DNA of 55,760 nucleotides from Verrucomicrobiota bacterium (GTDB lineage Bacteria; Verrucomicrobiota; Verrucomicrobiia; Verrucomicrobiales; V1-33): NCBI GenBank assembly GCA_031429155.1, contig JANOZA010000855.1, positions 1 to 55,760 of the forward strand, read 5' to 3'. Shown piece by piece: positions 46,594 to 55,760 of this stretch (position 1 is its first letter; each line of letters starts with the position of its first letter). The notes under the pieces were generated by a model. It saw only the letters and a program-made list of their open reading frames with translations, ran no database searches and was not told where the DNA came from. The position numbers and the translations under genes were made by a program.

Positions 46594-47093
46594 ATGGAGC
46601 GGGCCTATGGAGACTATCGGGCCAACAGCCGGCCCTGCCCTCGTACTGGACCCAACCAGTGCGCCGTGCGCATGAGCATTGCTCTGAGCCGGGCGGGATT
46701 CGGACTGGAGGGTTTTCCCGCACGGGCTTCCGTCCATAGAGGTGATGCCCGTTGCAGTACCGATGGCATGGCCCATGTAGCCGGAGCCGTCGCCCTCGCC
46801 TCTTGGCTGCGCGCCGCGCTCGGCCAGCCAACCATTTTTCGTCCGCGAACCGGCTCCCGCGGATGCGCGACACGCTGGAGCAGATCACGGGGCAAACCGG
46901 GATTGTCTATTTCAACAACTGCTTCATCCGCGATGGTTCCACTGCGCAGGTGGGCGACCATATTGATCTCTTCAACGGCCAGAACTATTTCAACGACGTC
47001 AATGGTGTCCTGGCAGGCGGCAACGAATCTGTGGGGAGGGTCAACTACCTGTTCGGATCGGCGGACCAGGTGTGGTTTTGGCCTCTTTCTTGA
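46594..47093 (+). pseudogene. Tae4-like papain-fold peptidoglycan amidase gene, split by a 1-nt frameshift at a T5 run
   Basis: The frame-1 N-terminal half (NQCAVRMSIALSRAGFGL...LRAALGQPTIF) carries the catalytic-Cys motif. The frame-0 C-terminal half (..RMRDTLEQITGQTGIVYFNN...VGDHIDLFNGQNYFND..VWFWPLS*) carries the His motif. The junction is at TTTTT 46845-46849. Confidence 0.6.
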
Positions 47094-47168
47094 AGCGGCG
47101 GGCCGGTTTTCAGTTTGCAGTCTGCTGCTTTCGGCGACAGCACGGACACTGATCCCTCTCTCTCCGCC

Positions 47169-48632
47169 ATGCCAGCCACCGATTACACCGTCACCATCGG
47201 ACTCGAAGTCCACTGCCAGCTCAATACCCGGAGCAAGATGTTCTGCTCCTGCCCGGCGCAATATGGCGAAGGTCCGAATTCGCTGACCTGCCCTGTCTGT
47301 CTGGGCTTGCCCGGTGCGTTGCCGGTGCTGAATCAGGGAGCCATCGAGCGCACCATCCTTGCCGGCATGATGCTCGGCTGCACCACGCCTCCGGTCGTGA
47401 AGTGGGACCGGAAGAATTACTTTTACCCGGACATGCCGAAGAACTATCAGCTCACGCAGTTTGATCTGCCGCTGTGTGTGGGCGGCGGCGTGCCGCTCTA
47501 TGATCTGGCCTACCCGAAGGACTGGCAGAAGAAGATCGCCGCACCCGGCAAGGTCGTCGGCCTAACTCGCATCCACCTTGAGGAAGATGTCGCCAAGAGC
47601 ACGCACCTCGCCAGCGGCACGGCCATTGACTTCAATCGCGCGGGCACGCCGCTCATGGAAATCGTGAGCGAGCCGGAGATAGACACTGCCGAAGAAGCCG
47701 TCGCCTATCTTAACAGTCTGCGGCAGATCCTCATTTATGCCGGCATCAGCGATGCGGATATGGAGAAGGGGCAGATGCGCTGCGATGTGAACATTTCCCT
47801 GCGTCCGCCGGGTCAGAAAGAACTCGGGGCCAAGATCGAACTCAAGAACCTCAACAGTGTCTCCGCCGTGCGGCGCGCCATTTACTTTGAAATTGATCGT
47901 CAGGCAGACGAGTTGGACCGCAGCGTGAAGCAGTTCCAGTCCACACGCCGCTGGGACGATGAGCGCGGCGAGACGACCGTCATGCGCACCAAGGAGGACG
48001 CGCACGACTACCGTTATTTCCCATGTCCCGATCTTCTTCCGCTGCACACGGCAGAGATGGTGGAACGCATCGCGCAGCACGTGCCGGAGACGCCTCATGC
48101 GAAGCGGGCGCGTTTCATCGCTGAGCTTGGAGTCAGCGAATACGACGCTGGCGTGCTGGCGAGCGAGAAGGCACTGGCGGACTATTTCGAGGTGGCCGTC
48201 GCCGGTGCGGCGAAGCCCAAGACCATCGCCAACTGGATCATCAACGACCTCCTCGGCCAGCTCAGCGCCGCTGAACTGACGCTGGAGCAAAACCCCATCC
48301 CCGCCGCCGCGCTGCGCGAGTTGGCTGGCTTCGTGGATGGAGGAAAGATCAACGGCAACCAGGCGAAGGAAGTCTTTGCCGCCATGTTCCAGACCGGTCA
48401 GGCACCGGATGCTATCATCAGGGAGAAGGGACTCGAACAAGTGAGCGACACTGGCTTCCTCGATGAAGTCATCACCAAAGTCCTCGCCGATAACGCCGAC
48501 GCCGTGGCGAAGATCAAAGCGGGCAATGACAAAGCCATCAATGCCCTCAAAGGCCAGGTGATGAAACTCAGCGCCGGTAAAGCGAACCCCGCCGTCGTCG
48601 GCGAAATGCTGGCCGCCCGACTGAAGGAATAG
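47169..48632 (+). CDS. gatB: Asp-tRNA(Asn)/Glu-tRNA(Gln) amidotransferase subunit B
   Basis: YTVTIGLEVHCQLNTRSKMFCSC...CPVCLGLPGALPVLN, TRIHLEEDVAKS and DFNRAGTPLMEIVSEP, with a C-terminal YqeY-like tail. The start was trimmed to ATG 47169. Confidence 0.95.
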   Translation: MPATDYTVTIGLEVHCQLNTRSKMFCSCPAQYGEGPNSLTCPVCLGLPGALPVLNQGAIERTILAGMMLGCTTPPVVKWDRKNYFYPDMPKNYQLTQFDLPLCVGGGVPLYDLAYPKDWQKKIAAPGKVVGLTRIHLEEDVAKSTHLASGTAIDFNRAGTPLMEIVSEPEIDTAEEAVAYLNSLRQILIYAGISDADMEKGQMRCDVNISLRPPGQKELGAKIELKNLNSVSAVRRAIYFEIDRQADELDRSVKQFQSTRRWDDERGETTVMRTKEDAHDYRYFPCPDLLPLHTAEMVERIAQHVPETPHAKRARFIAELGVSEYDAGVLASEKALADYFEVAVAGAAKPKTIANWIINDLLGQLSAAELTLEQNPIPAAALRELAGFVDGGKINGNQAKEVFAAMFQTGQAPDAIIREKGLEQVSDTGFLDEVITKVLADNADAVAKIKAGNDKAINALKGQVMKLSAGKANPAVVGEMLAARLKE

Positions 48633-48639
48633 CCGGAGC

Positions 48640-49311
48640 CTATGGCGCGAACTCCAGCACAGCAGTGCCGGGTTCGAGGCGGATGGTGGTGAGCTTTTTC
48701 AACACGTCCAGGATGGCAGTGTCCTTGCTGTTGCGGAGCTCGTCGAGGAGGAGGGTGTCGAGGTGGTTGTTCTCCTTGTAGTGCTTGATGAATCCATCGG
48801 TCACGGTCTTGCCGGGAATGGCGACGCTGCGGGTCTTGAGTTCCACGCCTTTGTCCTTGTCCGTTTCCGGGATGAGGTCGGCGAAGCCATTCAGGAAGAG
48901 GTGCTCGCCGCTGAAGGGAACGCCGTTCATCATGACGGAGATTTGCACGTGAATGGTTTCGCCGATGCCTTCAATTCTCGCGTTCTCCTTCATTCCTTTG
49001 GCCGCGTCGGCCGTGGCGAGGAGGTTGTTGAGGTCCTCCACCGTGAGTCGGAGTTCCGCCTTTTCCTTCCGTCCGACGGCGGCACCGAAGGCATTGATGC
49101 GGGCATCGAGGGCTTTGATCGCCGTGGCGTCGGGGGTGGCGAAAGCCACCGGTTTGGCCGTGGTGTCGGTGAAGGTGCGGATCTCCCGCAACTGGGCATA
49201 CATGGACCAGATCATCCAGCCGCCGAGAACGAGGAGCCAGACGATGCCCACGAGAAAGACGAGGCAGCCAGGCGAAATGCGGCGGGAGGAAGGAATGGGA
49301 GTGTCGGTCAT
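48640..49311 (-). CDS. Hypothetical membrane-anchored protein
   Basis: Starting at Met33 (49311) avoids overlap with the upstream dGTPase-like gene. One TM segment, CLVFLVGIVWLLVLGGWMIW, is followed by a ~180-aa soluble domain. No family recognised. Confidence 0.65.
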   Translation of the reverse strand: MTDTPIPSSRRISPGCLVFLVGIVWLLVLGGWMIWSMYAQLREIRTFTDTTAKPVAFATPDATAIKALDARINAFGAAVGRKEKAELRLTVEDLNNLLATADAAKGMKENARIEGIGETIHVQISVMMNGVPFSGEHLFLNGFADLIPETDKDKGVELKTRSVAIPGKTVTDGFIKHYKENNHLDTLLLDELRNSKDTAILDVLKKLTTIRLEPGTAVLEFAP

Positions 49312-49355
49312 GTGGCAGGAAAAAGCACGCTGCGGGAGGCGGCGCAAGGCGGCGC

Positions 49356-50669
49356 TCAACCGAGGTCCACGATGGACTGGAAGTCGGCATCGAAGAGCCG
49401 GCGGCACAAACGAGTGGCGGCGCCGTCGGTCATGCGGGTGATGACATCGCAGATGATGCGGGCGCGCGCGGCTTCATCCGGCGCGGCTTCGAGGTGGGCT
49501 TCATCGGTTTCCGGCAGCAGGCGGAACTTGCTGGCGGAGGTGCCGGTCACGTAGCGGTCCAGCAGCGTGTGGAAGAGTCGCGTCAGGAGCGAGTCGCTCT
49601 TGTGCTCTAGCTGCTGGAGCTGGCGGCTCTTGAATACGAGGTGCAGGGCGATGCGTTTGTAGAGTTTGGATTCCGCGAGCGCCTCCTCCGCGATGTGCAG
49701 CCGAAACTGATAGCGCTGCGTGAGCGGCGACATGAAGCCGTCAGCGGGGGCGAGTTGCGCCGCAGCGATGAAGTCCGCGATGCGGCTGCGCAGACGGTTC
49801 TCCACCACCCGGCGGCGGATGCCGTCCAGCAGCCGTTCCACGAGAGCGGCATCCGTGGCGCTGAGCGTTTCCCGCTCAGCCCAGCGGCTCAGGGATTCCA
49901 GGGAAATGAACCCGGCGTTGATGCCATCGGCGATGTCATTGAGCGAGTAGGCCGAGTCGTCCGCCCAGTCCATGATCTGGCATTCGATGCTCCGGTAGCC
50001 GTCGCGCGCCGGGCCGGGCGGCAACGCGTCAGGAAACGACTGGCCGCCATGCACGAAGTCGAGATAACGCTGCTGGCCGTCGTAGAGAAAGTGATTCTCC
50101 GGATCATCCAGTTCACGGTAGAGCGTTTTGTATTTCAGTGTGGCATCGAGAAAGGCGCGGCAGGGATTCATGCCGGTATTCTGCGCGGAAAAGATCGTCT
50201 CTGTGAGCATCCGCAGCGTCTGCGCGTTGCCCTCAAATCCACCCCACGGCTTCATCAGCCGGTGGATCGTCCGCTCGCCGGCGTGGCCGAACGGCGGATG
50301 CCCGAGATCATGCGCGAGGCAGGCGGCTTCCACGAGATCGGGATCTATGAAGAATTCTTCGCCGAGCAGTCCGCTGGTGCGCTTCAGCCGTGCGCAAATG
50401 CTGCTACCGATCTGGGAAACCTCGATGCTGTGCGTCAGCCGCGTGCGGTAAAAGTCATACTCGCCGGACAGGAACACCTGCGTCTTGCTCTGGAGCCGCC
50501 GAAACGCCGACGTGTGGATAATCCGGTCGCGGTTAGTCTCGAACGCAGTGCGGTATTCCCCCTCGCGCACCCGGGTGACGGGTTCGAGCGGGGCGGTATC
50601 GAAGTCGTTGTAAAACCGGTTCTCCACAGAAAGAAGGCGCGAGCCTGGCAGCGCCCCGCAGTGAGGCAA
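49356..50669 (-). CDS. dgt: dGTP triphosphohydrolase-like HD-domain protein
   Basis: [45 protein letters not shown] and [15 protein letters not shown] are dGTPase-family motifs. Confidence 0.9.
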   Translation of the reverse strand: MPHCGALPGSRLLSVENRFYNDFDTAPLEPVTRVREGEYRTAFETNRDRIIHTSAFRRLQSKTQVFLSGEYDFYRTRLTHSIEVSQIGSSICARLKRTSGLLGEEFFIDPDLVEAACLAHDLGHPPFGHAGERTIHRLMKPWGGFEGNAQTLRMLTETIFSAQNTGMNPCRAFLDATLKYKTLYRELDDPENHFLYDGQQRYLDFVHGGQSFPDALPPGPARDGYRSIECQIMDWADDSAYSLNDIADGINAGFISLESLSRWAERETLSATDAALVERLLDGIRRRVVENRLRSRIADFIAAAQLAPADGFMSPLTQRYQFRLHIAEEALAESKLYKRIALHLVFKSRQLQQLEHKSDSLLTRLFHTLLDRYVTGTSASKFRLLPETDEAHLEAAPDEAARARIICDVITRMTDGAATRLCRRLFDADFQSIVDLG

Positions 50670-50763
50670 TGAAGAATGCAGCGCAGGGCAGGGGCGGGCG
50701 CAATATCCCGTTGGCAGCCTCCAGGTTCATGGAATGAGATGCGGCGCCCCTACTCTCCCGACC

Positions 50764-51792
50764 ATGAAAGCCCTCGTCAAAAAAGAATCCGCGCCTGGCC
50801 TTTGGCTTTGCGACATGCCAGAGCCCGTCATGGGCATCAACGACGTCATGGTGAAGATCAGGAAGACCTCCATCTGCGGCACCGATCTCCATATTTATAA
50901 GTGGGACGCGTGGGCGCAGCGCACGATCCGGCAGGGCATGATCGTGGGGCACGAGTTCTGCGGCGAGATCGTCGCCGTGGGCAGCAACGTCCGCGATTTC
51001 AAGGCCGGCGACATCGTGAGCGGCGAGGGCCACCTCGTCTGCGGACACTGCCGTAACTGCCTCGCCGGGCGCCGTCATCTTTGCGCGCACACCCGCGGCA
51101 TCGGAGTGAACACCGACGGTGCGTTCGCGGAATATCTCGCCCTTCCCATGACCAACGTCTGGCTGGCGGATCCGAAGATTCCCCAGGAGATCGTCTCCTG
51201 CTTCGATCCCCTCGGCAATGCCACGCACACCGCTCTGTCATTCGATGTGCTCGGCGAAGACGTGCTCATCACCGGAGCCGGTCCTATCGGCTGCATGGCC
51301 GCCGCCATCGTGCGGCACGCCGGTGCGCGGCATGTCGTCATCACCGACATCAATCCCTGGCGTCTCGATCTCGCCAAACGCATGGGCGCCACGCGCACGG
51401 TGGATGTTTCCAAAGAAAACCTCACCGATGTGCAGCAGGAGCTGGGGATGCACGAGGGCTTCGATGTCAGTCTGGAAATGTCAGGCTCACCCGCCGCGAT
51501 GGACGCCATCGTGGACAATGCCTGTCACGGCGGCAAGATCGCCCTGCTCGGCATCTTTCCTGAGAAGTTCCCCATCAACTGGGACAAGGTTATTTTCAAC
51601 ATGCTCACCATCAAAGGCATCTACGGCCGCGAGATGTATGAAACGTGGTATAAGATGACGATGATGATCCAGACCGGCCTCGACATCTCCCCCGTGATCA
51701 CCCACCGCCTGCATTACACCGAATTTCAGGCCGGCTTCGACGCCATGAAATCCGGCCAGGCCGGCAAGGTCGTCCTCGACTGGACCGCCTGA
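50764..51792 (+). CDS. tdh: L-threonine 3-dehydrogenase
   Basis: [15 protein letters not shown]...[19 protein letters not shown]...GHEFCGEIV...[21 protein letters not shown]...[12 protein letters not shown] is a Zn-dependent MDR with the Tdh-type N-terminus. Confidence 0.95.
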   Translation: MKALVKKESAPGLWLCDMPEPVMGINDVMVKIRKTSICGTDLHIYKWDAWAQRTIRQGMIVGHEFCGEIVAVGSNVRDFKAGDIVSGEGHLVCGHCRNCLAGRRHLCAHTRGIGVNTDGAFAEYLALPMTNVWLADPKIPQEIVSCFDPLGNATHTALSFDVLGEDVLITGAGPIGCMAAAIVRHAGARHVVITDINPWRLDLAKRMGATRTVDVSKENLTDVQQELGMHEGFDVSLEMSGSPAAMDAIVDNACHGGKIALLGIFPEKFPINWDKVIFNMLTIKGIYGREMYETWYKMTMMIQTGLDISPVITHRLHYTEFQAGFDAMKSGQAGKVVLDWTA

Positions 51793-51938
51793 GCCGCCGG
51801 CCCACCGGGCACCGGCTACCGAGCACCGAGCACCGCCCCACCCGCTGCCGGACCGCTCAGCGCTCAGGGAATTGCCGCCGATGCTGAGGCCCCGCCGTCC
51901 CAAACGCCGGACTATCCTTACCTCAGTTTCACAAAAAT

Positions 51939-52211
51939 CGGCTCGGATTGCTCCCGTCCGGGCTCGGATTGCCACGATCCGACCCCGAATTGCCCGCGAT
52001 CCCCGCCCGGATAGCCCCGGACCGACCCCGGATGGCCACGATCCGGCCTCGGATTGCTCCCATCCGAGCCCGGTTTGTTCCGATCCGAGCCCGGATTCCT
52101 CCGGTCCGGCCCCGGATTTCCCGTGTCCGAGCCGGGATGCCCCCTGTCCGAGCCCGGATTGCCACGATCCGGGGTCGGATAGCACCGATCCGAGGGCACT
52201 TCCCGCCCCTT
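51939..52211. repeat. Tandem array of 12 (plus one degenerate) copies of a 21-nt unit, consensus CGAGCCCGGATTGCCACGATC
   Basis: Head-to-tail units with no spacers start at 51939, 51959, 51980, 52002, 52023, 52044, 52065, 52086, 52107, 52128, 52149 and 52170, with a degenerate copy at 52191. Ten of the units are exactly 21 nt. All six frames are open here only because the unit lacks stop triplets. Confidence 0.85.
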
Positions 52212-52683
52212 CCACAGCCGGAAGCCCTTTATTCAGAGTGAGTTACCCCCACTTCGCCCACTTTCGCCCCCCAGTCCCCATCTCCTTCTTATGCTTTTCC
52301 TCCCCAAACCGCTCCGGTGAGGCGGCCCCGCCGCCCATGAGGGGATTGCTTTTCGGTACTCCCGGGGTGTCAGGATGCCGGAAGACGCCGCAACGGGCGG
52401 TCGCCGGCGGCGGCGGGGTCGCGAAACGGCGACGGCGACGGCGGCGGCGGCGGTCGGCGGGTGGGACTGCGCGGGTGGACAGATGTAATGGGTCAACCCG
52501 CAAGGCGTTTGGAATGACCGCCTGAGCGGCTTTCCCCGGGCGGTGGCGGAGCGGGAGAGGTTTGGTTCCATTCCATCCGGCAAATGGGCTTCATGCAAAA
52601 TCGTCACGCGACTCCTCCATCGCGGGACTTGCACCGTCTGCTCCAGCCGCCTAAAACTGGGCAGCATTCAACACCCACCGCTT

Positions 52684-55600
52684 ATGAAACGCCCCTCAAT
52701 TCACTCCCGCCTGTGCGGCTTTCGCACGGCCCTGCTCATCGCTGTCGCCTCACCTTTTTTTGGGGCAGTCATTAGCCCGGTAATGGCGGAGGACATCGTG
52801 TGGGATTTCGGTGCCGCAGCAGGCACCGCTTTGCCGGTTTCGCAGCCGGCGAATTGCGCTGTCAGCGTGATCACGCAGGGCAATAATAACGGCACGACCG
52901 CGATGCTTTCCACCGGATTAGCCACGTCGGCAGCCTACCCTGGGGCGAGTCAGGGCAACAACGCTCAGATGGCCACGCGAACCGGGGCTTACAATCCGGC
53001 GCTGAGCGGCTACTTTGAATGCACGCTCACACCTGCGGCGACTTACCGGGTCACGGTCACCGATGTGGCCTTTGGCACGCGGCGGACGGGCACCGGCCCG
53101 GTGAACTATTCAATAAGGACGAGCGCCGACAGTTACGCTGCCGCCGTGGCCACCGGGGCTTTGCCTGCCGCCAGCACGTGGGGCTATGTGGCCAGTCCCG
53201 TCCTGGGCGTCGTCTCAACCACGCCCCTCATCATTCGGATTTATGGCGTGGACGGCACCGGCAGCGCCACGGTCAATACGGCGGTCTGGCGCATTGATGA
53301 CCTCAAGCTCTCCGTCATCGTCGCTCAGGAAGGTGCGCCCAGCCCTACCATCACCGACGTGACGCCACTCTCCGGCCCGGTCGGCACTGCGGTCACCATC
53401 ACCGGGACGAATTTCACCGCCTCGCCTGTGGTTCGCTTTCACGGCACGCTCGCGGCTGGTTCCACGGTGAATCCCGAGGGCACCAGTATCAGTGCGACGG
53501 TGCCGGTCGGCACCTCCACCGGGTCTGGACCGGTCACGGTCACCACCAATGGCGGTGCGGTCAGCAGTCCGCAGCCGTTCGATGTGCTCCCGCAGCCGGC
53601 TCTCACGGTTTTGGTGAATCCGAATAGCTTTGCGGAAAACGCCGCGAACCCAGCGGGTGCCGGGACCGTTTCCATTCCCGGGCCCCTCGGCGCGCCGCTC
53701 ACGGTGACGCTCACGAGCAGCGACACGACCGCCGCTACCGTCAATGCCAGCGTCGAAATCCCTGCCGGAGATCTCAGCGCGCCCTTTTCAGTGAATGCGG
53801 TGCCGAATCCCGCCTCCTTCGCGAACGCCACCTCCACCATCACCGCCAATGCCGCCGGGCATGACCCGGGCACCTTCGCCGTCACCGTCACCAACACGGA
53901 CGCCATCTCCACCAGCGTCGTCGTCAATAAGTTCCTCAACGTCGGCGACGCAGGGTTGGGAGACACCGTAGAACTGCTTGTCACAGGAACGGGCACTGCC
54001 GGCTCCAGCACCGACATGCGCCGCATGTTGCTCAAGGACCACAGTTCCAGCATGGACAGCGACGGCGGCGGACGCTATCGCTTCAACAACATCGCATTCT
54101 TCAATGCCGTGAAAGCCGGCACGCTGATCGTCATCACGGACAGCGCCAGTACGGCGGACATTGATCCATCTGACTTCGTCCTGCGCATCGGACTGCTGGA
54201 TACCACCTACTTCACGCGTGAAGGCACCACTATCTTCAACATCGCCAATCCTGAGATGATCATGATTAAGGCTCAGGACGCTCCAGCGGACGGTGGCACC
54301 AGCGCCGTCCACTCTCTGGCAGGCGGCGCGGCAGGGACTCAATTCACCAACGCTCCACCTAAGAAACTCCTCGCCACCGGTGCCAGCGCCACCGGCACCG
54401 GCGTCGTGGCCAACAACTCCACTTCTTCCCTCGACGACTACCACGGCACTGATGCTACTGGAGGTGTGCTCGCGGCGGCCATGAGCTTTGGCCTCCCCAA
54501 CAACAACGCCAACAACACCTTCATCCGCGCGTTGCGCGGAGAAACGAGCCTGAACGGCGCGGGCCAGGCCAGCATCACGAACGGCGATGCCGTCAGTCCC
54601 TTTTCCGGCAAGAACGTCTTCTCAGCTAACACGCCTGCGCAAACGGTGTCCATCAGCCTGATCTCCAATGCCGGCCCCGGTGCCCTTACATCGGTGAAAG
54701 TCACTGTCCCTGCCGCCTTTAGTGCCCCTGACTTCGGCAGTGTTTCTGTCACCGGCACGGGAGCGGGCAGCCCCATAATCGGCATCAGCGGTCGGGAGAT
54801 CACCATCGCCGGCACCGCCATCACGCTCACGGATGGTGCCGTGATTTCCATCGCCGGCCTTACTTCTCCAAACCCCTCCGCCGTCACCGACGATGGACGT
54901 TACGCCTTCACCATTCAAACCGCTGGCGAAGCCGGCACGCTCACTGCCATCGCCTCCCACCCGGTCGCGCTGGTTTCCATTCCCGTCGCCAATCTCCGCG
55001 ACGTGGACGTTAACGGCATCGCCCTCGATTCCGGGAAGACCGTCGCCATCTCCGCCGTCTGCACCGAGGAAAACTTCAATACCACCGGCACCAGCGCCTT
55101 CGTTCAGGACGGCAACTTCGGCATCAACGTCTTCGTCCCGGGCACCGACCTCGCCCTCGTCCGCGGCCAGCGCTATGCCATCATCGGCCAGATCATTCAG
55201 TTCAATGGCCTCACGGAAATAACACCTGGCAGCGCCGCCAATGTCATCGCTCTTGGTCCCGCCGCAGAACCGTCGCCTCTCACTGTTACCGCCACTGATC
55301 TCCTGGCCAATGCCGAGGCCTACGAGGGCCGGCTCATCAAAGTGGCTGCCCTCAGCTATGTCAGCGGAACATGGGGTGCCGGCCAGACGGTCGCCGCCGC
55401 GGACGCTGCCGCTAATCCCCTCGATGTGCGCATTCAAAGCGGCAGCAGCGCCACCTCACTGCCCTCATGGCCCGTCACCATCACCGGCATCTTCGGGCAG
55501 TTCGACACCCTTGATCCCCGCACCGGCGGCTACCAGATCATGCCGCGCCGCGATAGCGATGTGGAGTCCCTCGGTGGTGGACCCGGCTATGACGGATGGG

Positions 55601-55760
55601 CCGCAGCGTATCCTGGCATCGGTGCCCCGGAAGATGATGCCGACCTCGACGGTTCGATCAATCTCATGGAATACGCCACCGGCAGCATTCCCAATAACGG
55701 CGGTTCCGTGCCGCAGTCCGATCAGCGGCTCGACGGGCCTACGCTCTCGGTCACGTGGGC
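52684..55760 (+). CDS. Large secreted protein, 3'-truncated by the window edge: IPT/TIG domain, lamin-tail-like domain, OB-fold-like module, then start of a thrombospondin-type-3 / C-terminal tail
   Basis: I translated this frame by hand from ATG 52684 to the window end and found no stop. Signal/anchor: MKRPSIHSRLCGFRTALLIAVASPFFGAVISPVMA. IPT/TIG-like: PTITDVTPLSGPVGTAVTITGTNFTASPVVRFHG. LTD-like: VVVNKFLNVGDAGLGDTVELLVTG. OB-like: VAISAVCTEENFN..SAFVQDGNFGINVFV..GQRYAIIGQIIQFNGLTEITP. It ends EDDADLDGSINLMEYATG. Confidence 0.85.
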   Translation, partial: MKRPSIHSRLCGFRTALLIAVASPFFGAVISPVMAEDIVWDFGAAAGTALPVSQPANCAVSVITQGNNNGTTAMLSTGLATSAAYPGASQGNNAQMATRTGAYNPALSGYFECTLTPAATYRVTVTDVAFGTRRTGTGPVNYSIRTSADSYAAAVATGALPAASTWGYVASPVLGVVSTTPLIIRIYGVDGTGSATVNTAVWRIDDLKLSVIVAQEGAPSPTITDVTPLSGPVGTAVTITGTNFTASPVVRFHGTLAAGSTVNPEGTSISATVPVGTSTGSGPVTVTTNGGAVSSPQPFDVLPQPALTVLVNPNSFAENAANPAGAGTVSIPGPLGAPLTVTLTSSDTTAATVNASVEIPAGDLSAPFSVNAVPNPASFANATSTITANAAGHDPGTFAVTVTNTDAISTSVVVNKFLNVGDAGLGDTVELLVTGTGTAGSSTDMRRMLLKDHSSSMDSDGGGRYRFNNIAFFNAVKAGTLIVITDSASTADIDPSDFVLRIGLLDTTYFTREGTTIFNIANPEMIMIKAQDAPADGGTSAVHSLAGGAAGTQFTNAPPKKLLATGASATGTGVVANNSTSSLDDYHGTDATGGVLAAAMSFGLPNNNANNTFIRALRGETSLNGAGQASITNGDAVSPFSGKNVFSANTPAQTVSISLISNAGPGALTSVKVTVPAAFSAPDFGSVSVTGTGAGSPIIGISGREITIAGTAITLTDGAVISIAGLTSPNPSAVTDDGRYAFTIQTAGEAGTLTAIASHPVALVSIPVANLRDVDVNGIALDSGKTVAISAVCTEENFNTTGTSAFVQDGNFGINVFVPGTDLALVRGQRYAIIGQIIQFNGLTEITPGSAANVIALGPAAEPSPLTVTATDLLANAEAYEGRLIKVAALSYVSGTWGAGQTVAAADAAANPLDVRIQSGSSATSLPSWPVTITGIFGQFDTLDPRTGGYQIMPRRDSDVESLGGGPGYDGWAAAYPGIGAPEDDADLDGSINLMEYATGSIPNNGGSVPQSDQRLDGPTLSVTW

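Noticed and set aside
46241-47261. Minus-strand ORFs across the Tae4-like locus: 46241..46888 (215 aa), 46471..46776 (101 aa) and 46614..47261 (215 aa). Also the uninterrupted 230-aa plus-strand ORF 46594..47286.
   Set aside because: The minus-strand translations are Arg/Pro-rich with no motifs. The 230-aa ORF is a chimera: after ~aa 85 it is out of frame (Ser/Thr/Arg junk) and runs into gatB, while the -1 frame carries the conserved His-motif half.
51939-52211. The 21-nt repeat array as a CRISPR array.
   Set aside because: The units are directly head-to-tail with no unique spacers. The unit is shorter than CRISPR repeats, the copies are degenerate, and no cas genes are in the window.
51939-52211. 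The 21-nt array as a tubC-like centromere for the HTH-tubulin protein, by analogy to TubR/TubZ.
   Set aside because: The array lies ~7 kb away from that gene, separated by unrelated housekeeping genes (gatB, dgt-like, tdh). Nothing in the sequence links them, so this is pure speculation.
51487-52525. ORFs spanning the 21-nt array as genes for heptad-repeat proteins: 51872..52525 + (217 aa), 51948..52241 +, 51487..52215 - (242 aa), 51918..52199 - and 51929..52165 -.
   Set aside because: All six frames are open only because the repeat unit lacks stop triplets. The 20-nt and 22-nt units change frame inside the array. The minus-strand ORF overlaps the 3' end of tdh. The flanking translated sequence is poly-Arg/Pro junk.
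1-55760. Mobile elements, prophage, a defence island, tRNA/rRNA genes, and a type I secretion operon for the RTX protein.
   Set aside because: I found no integrase, transposase, recombinase, phage structural protein, restriction, toxin-antitoxin or cas signatures in any frame I read. The intergenic regions are too short or lack a tRNA-like cloverleaf. No ABC, HlyD or TolC-like ORFs are present.

Overview
This is a GC-rich, chromosome-like window. Its gene content points to Verrucomicrobiota or a related PVC-group organism: an LEPR-XLL N-terminus on a giant protein, many secreted NHL / lamin-tail / thrombospondin-type-3 proteins, and weak Shine-Dalgarno signals. That placement is inference only.

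About one third of the window (5982-24440) is a single 6152-aa ORF. It encodes a giant secreted repeat protein with an LEPR-XLL N-terminus, an unassigned ~120-aa tandem repeat family, RTX-type Ca-binding nonapeptides, Calx-beta modules and SdrD/Cna-B-like modules. A 1252-aa multidomain secreted protein is translationally coupled to it through an ATGA overlap.

The rest is mostly a housekeeping backbone: ftsK, ssb, mog, HU, cdsA, dxr, infC, gatB, a dGTPase-like gene and tdh, interspersed with secreted and hypothetical genes.

The most unusual item is the CDS at 43146-44870. It joins an N-terminal XRE-type HTH to a full-length but motif-degenerate domain that aligns by eye with eukaryotic-type tubulin / BtubAB rather than FtsZ.

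Other items worth a second look:
- a sulfatase homolog with every catalytic residue I can place substituted
- a frameshifted Tae4-like amidase gene
- a 12-13 copy 21-nt tandem array in a long intergenic region
- a C-terminal tail module shared by four secreted proteins

I saw no rRNA, tRNA, CRISPR array, transposase or integrase. All homology statements come from reading the translations against family motifs recalled from memory; no searches were run.
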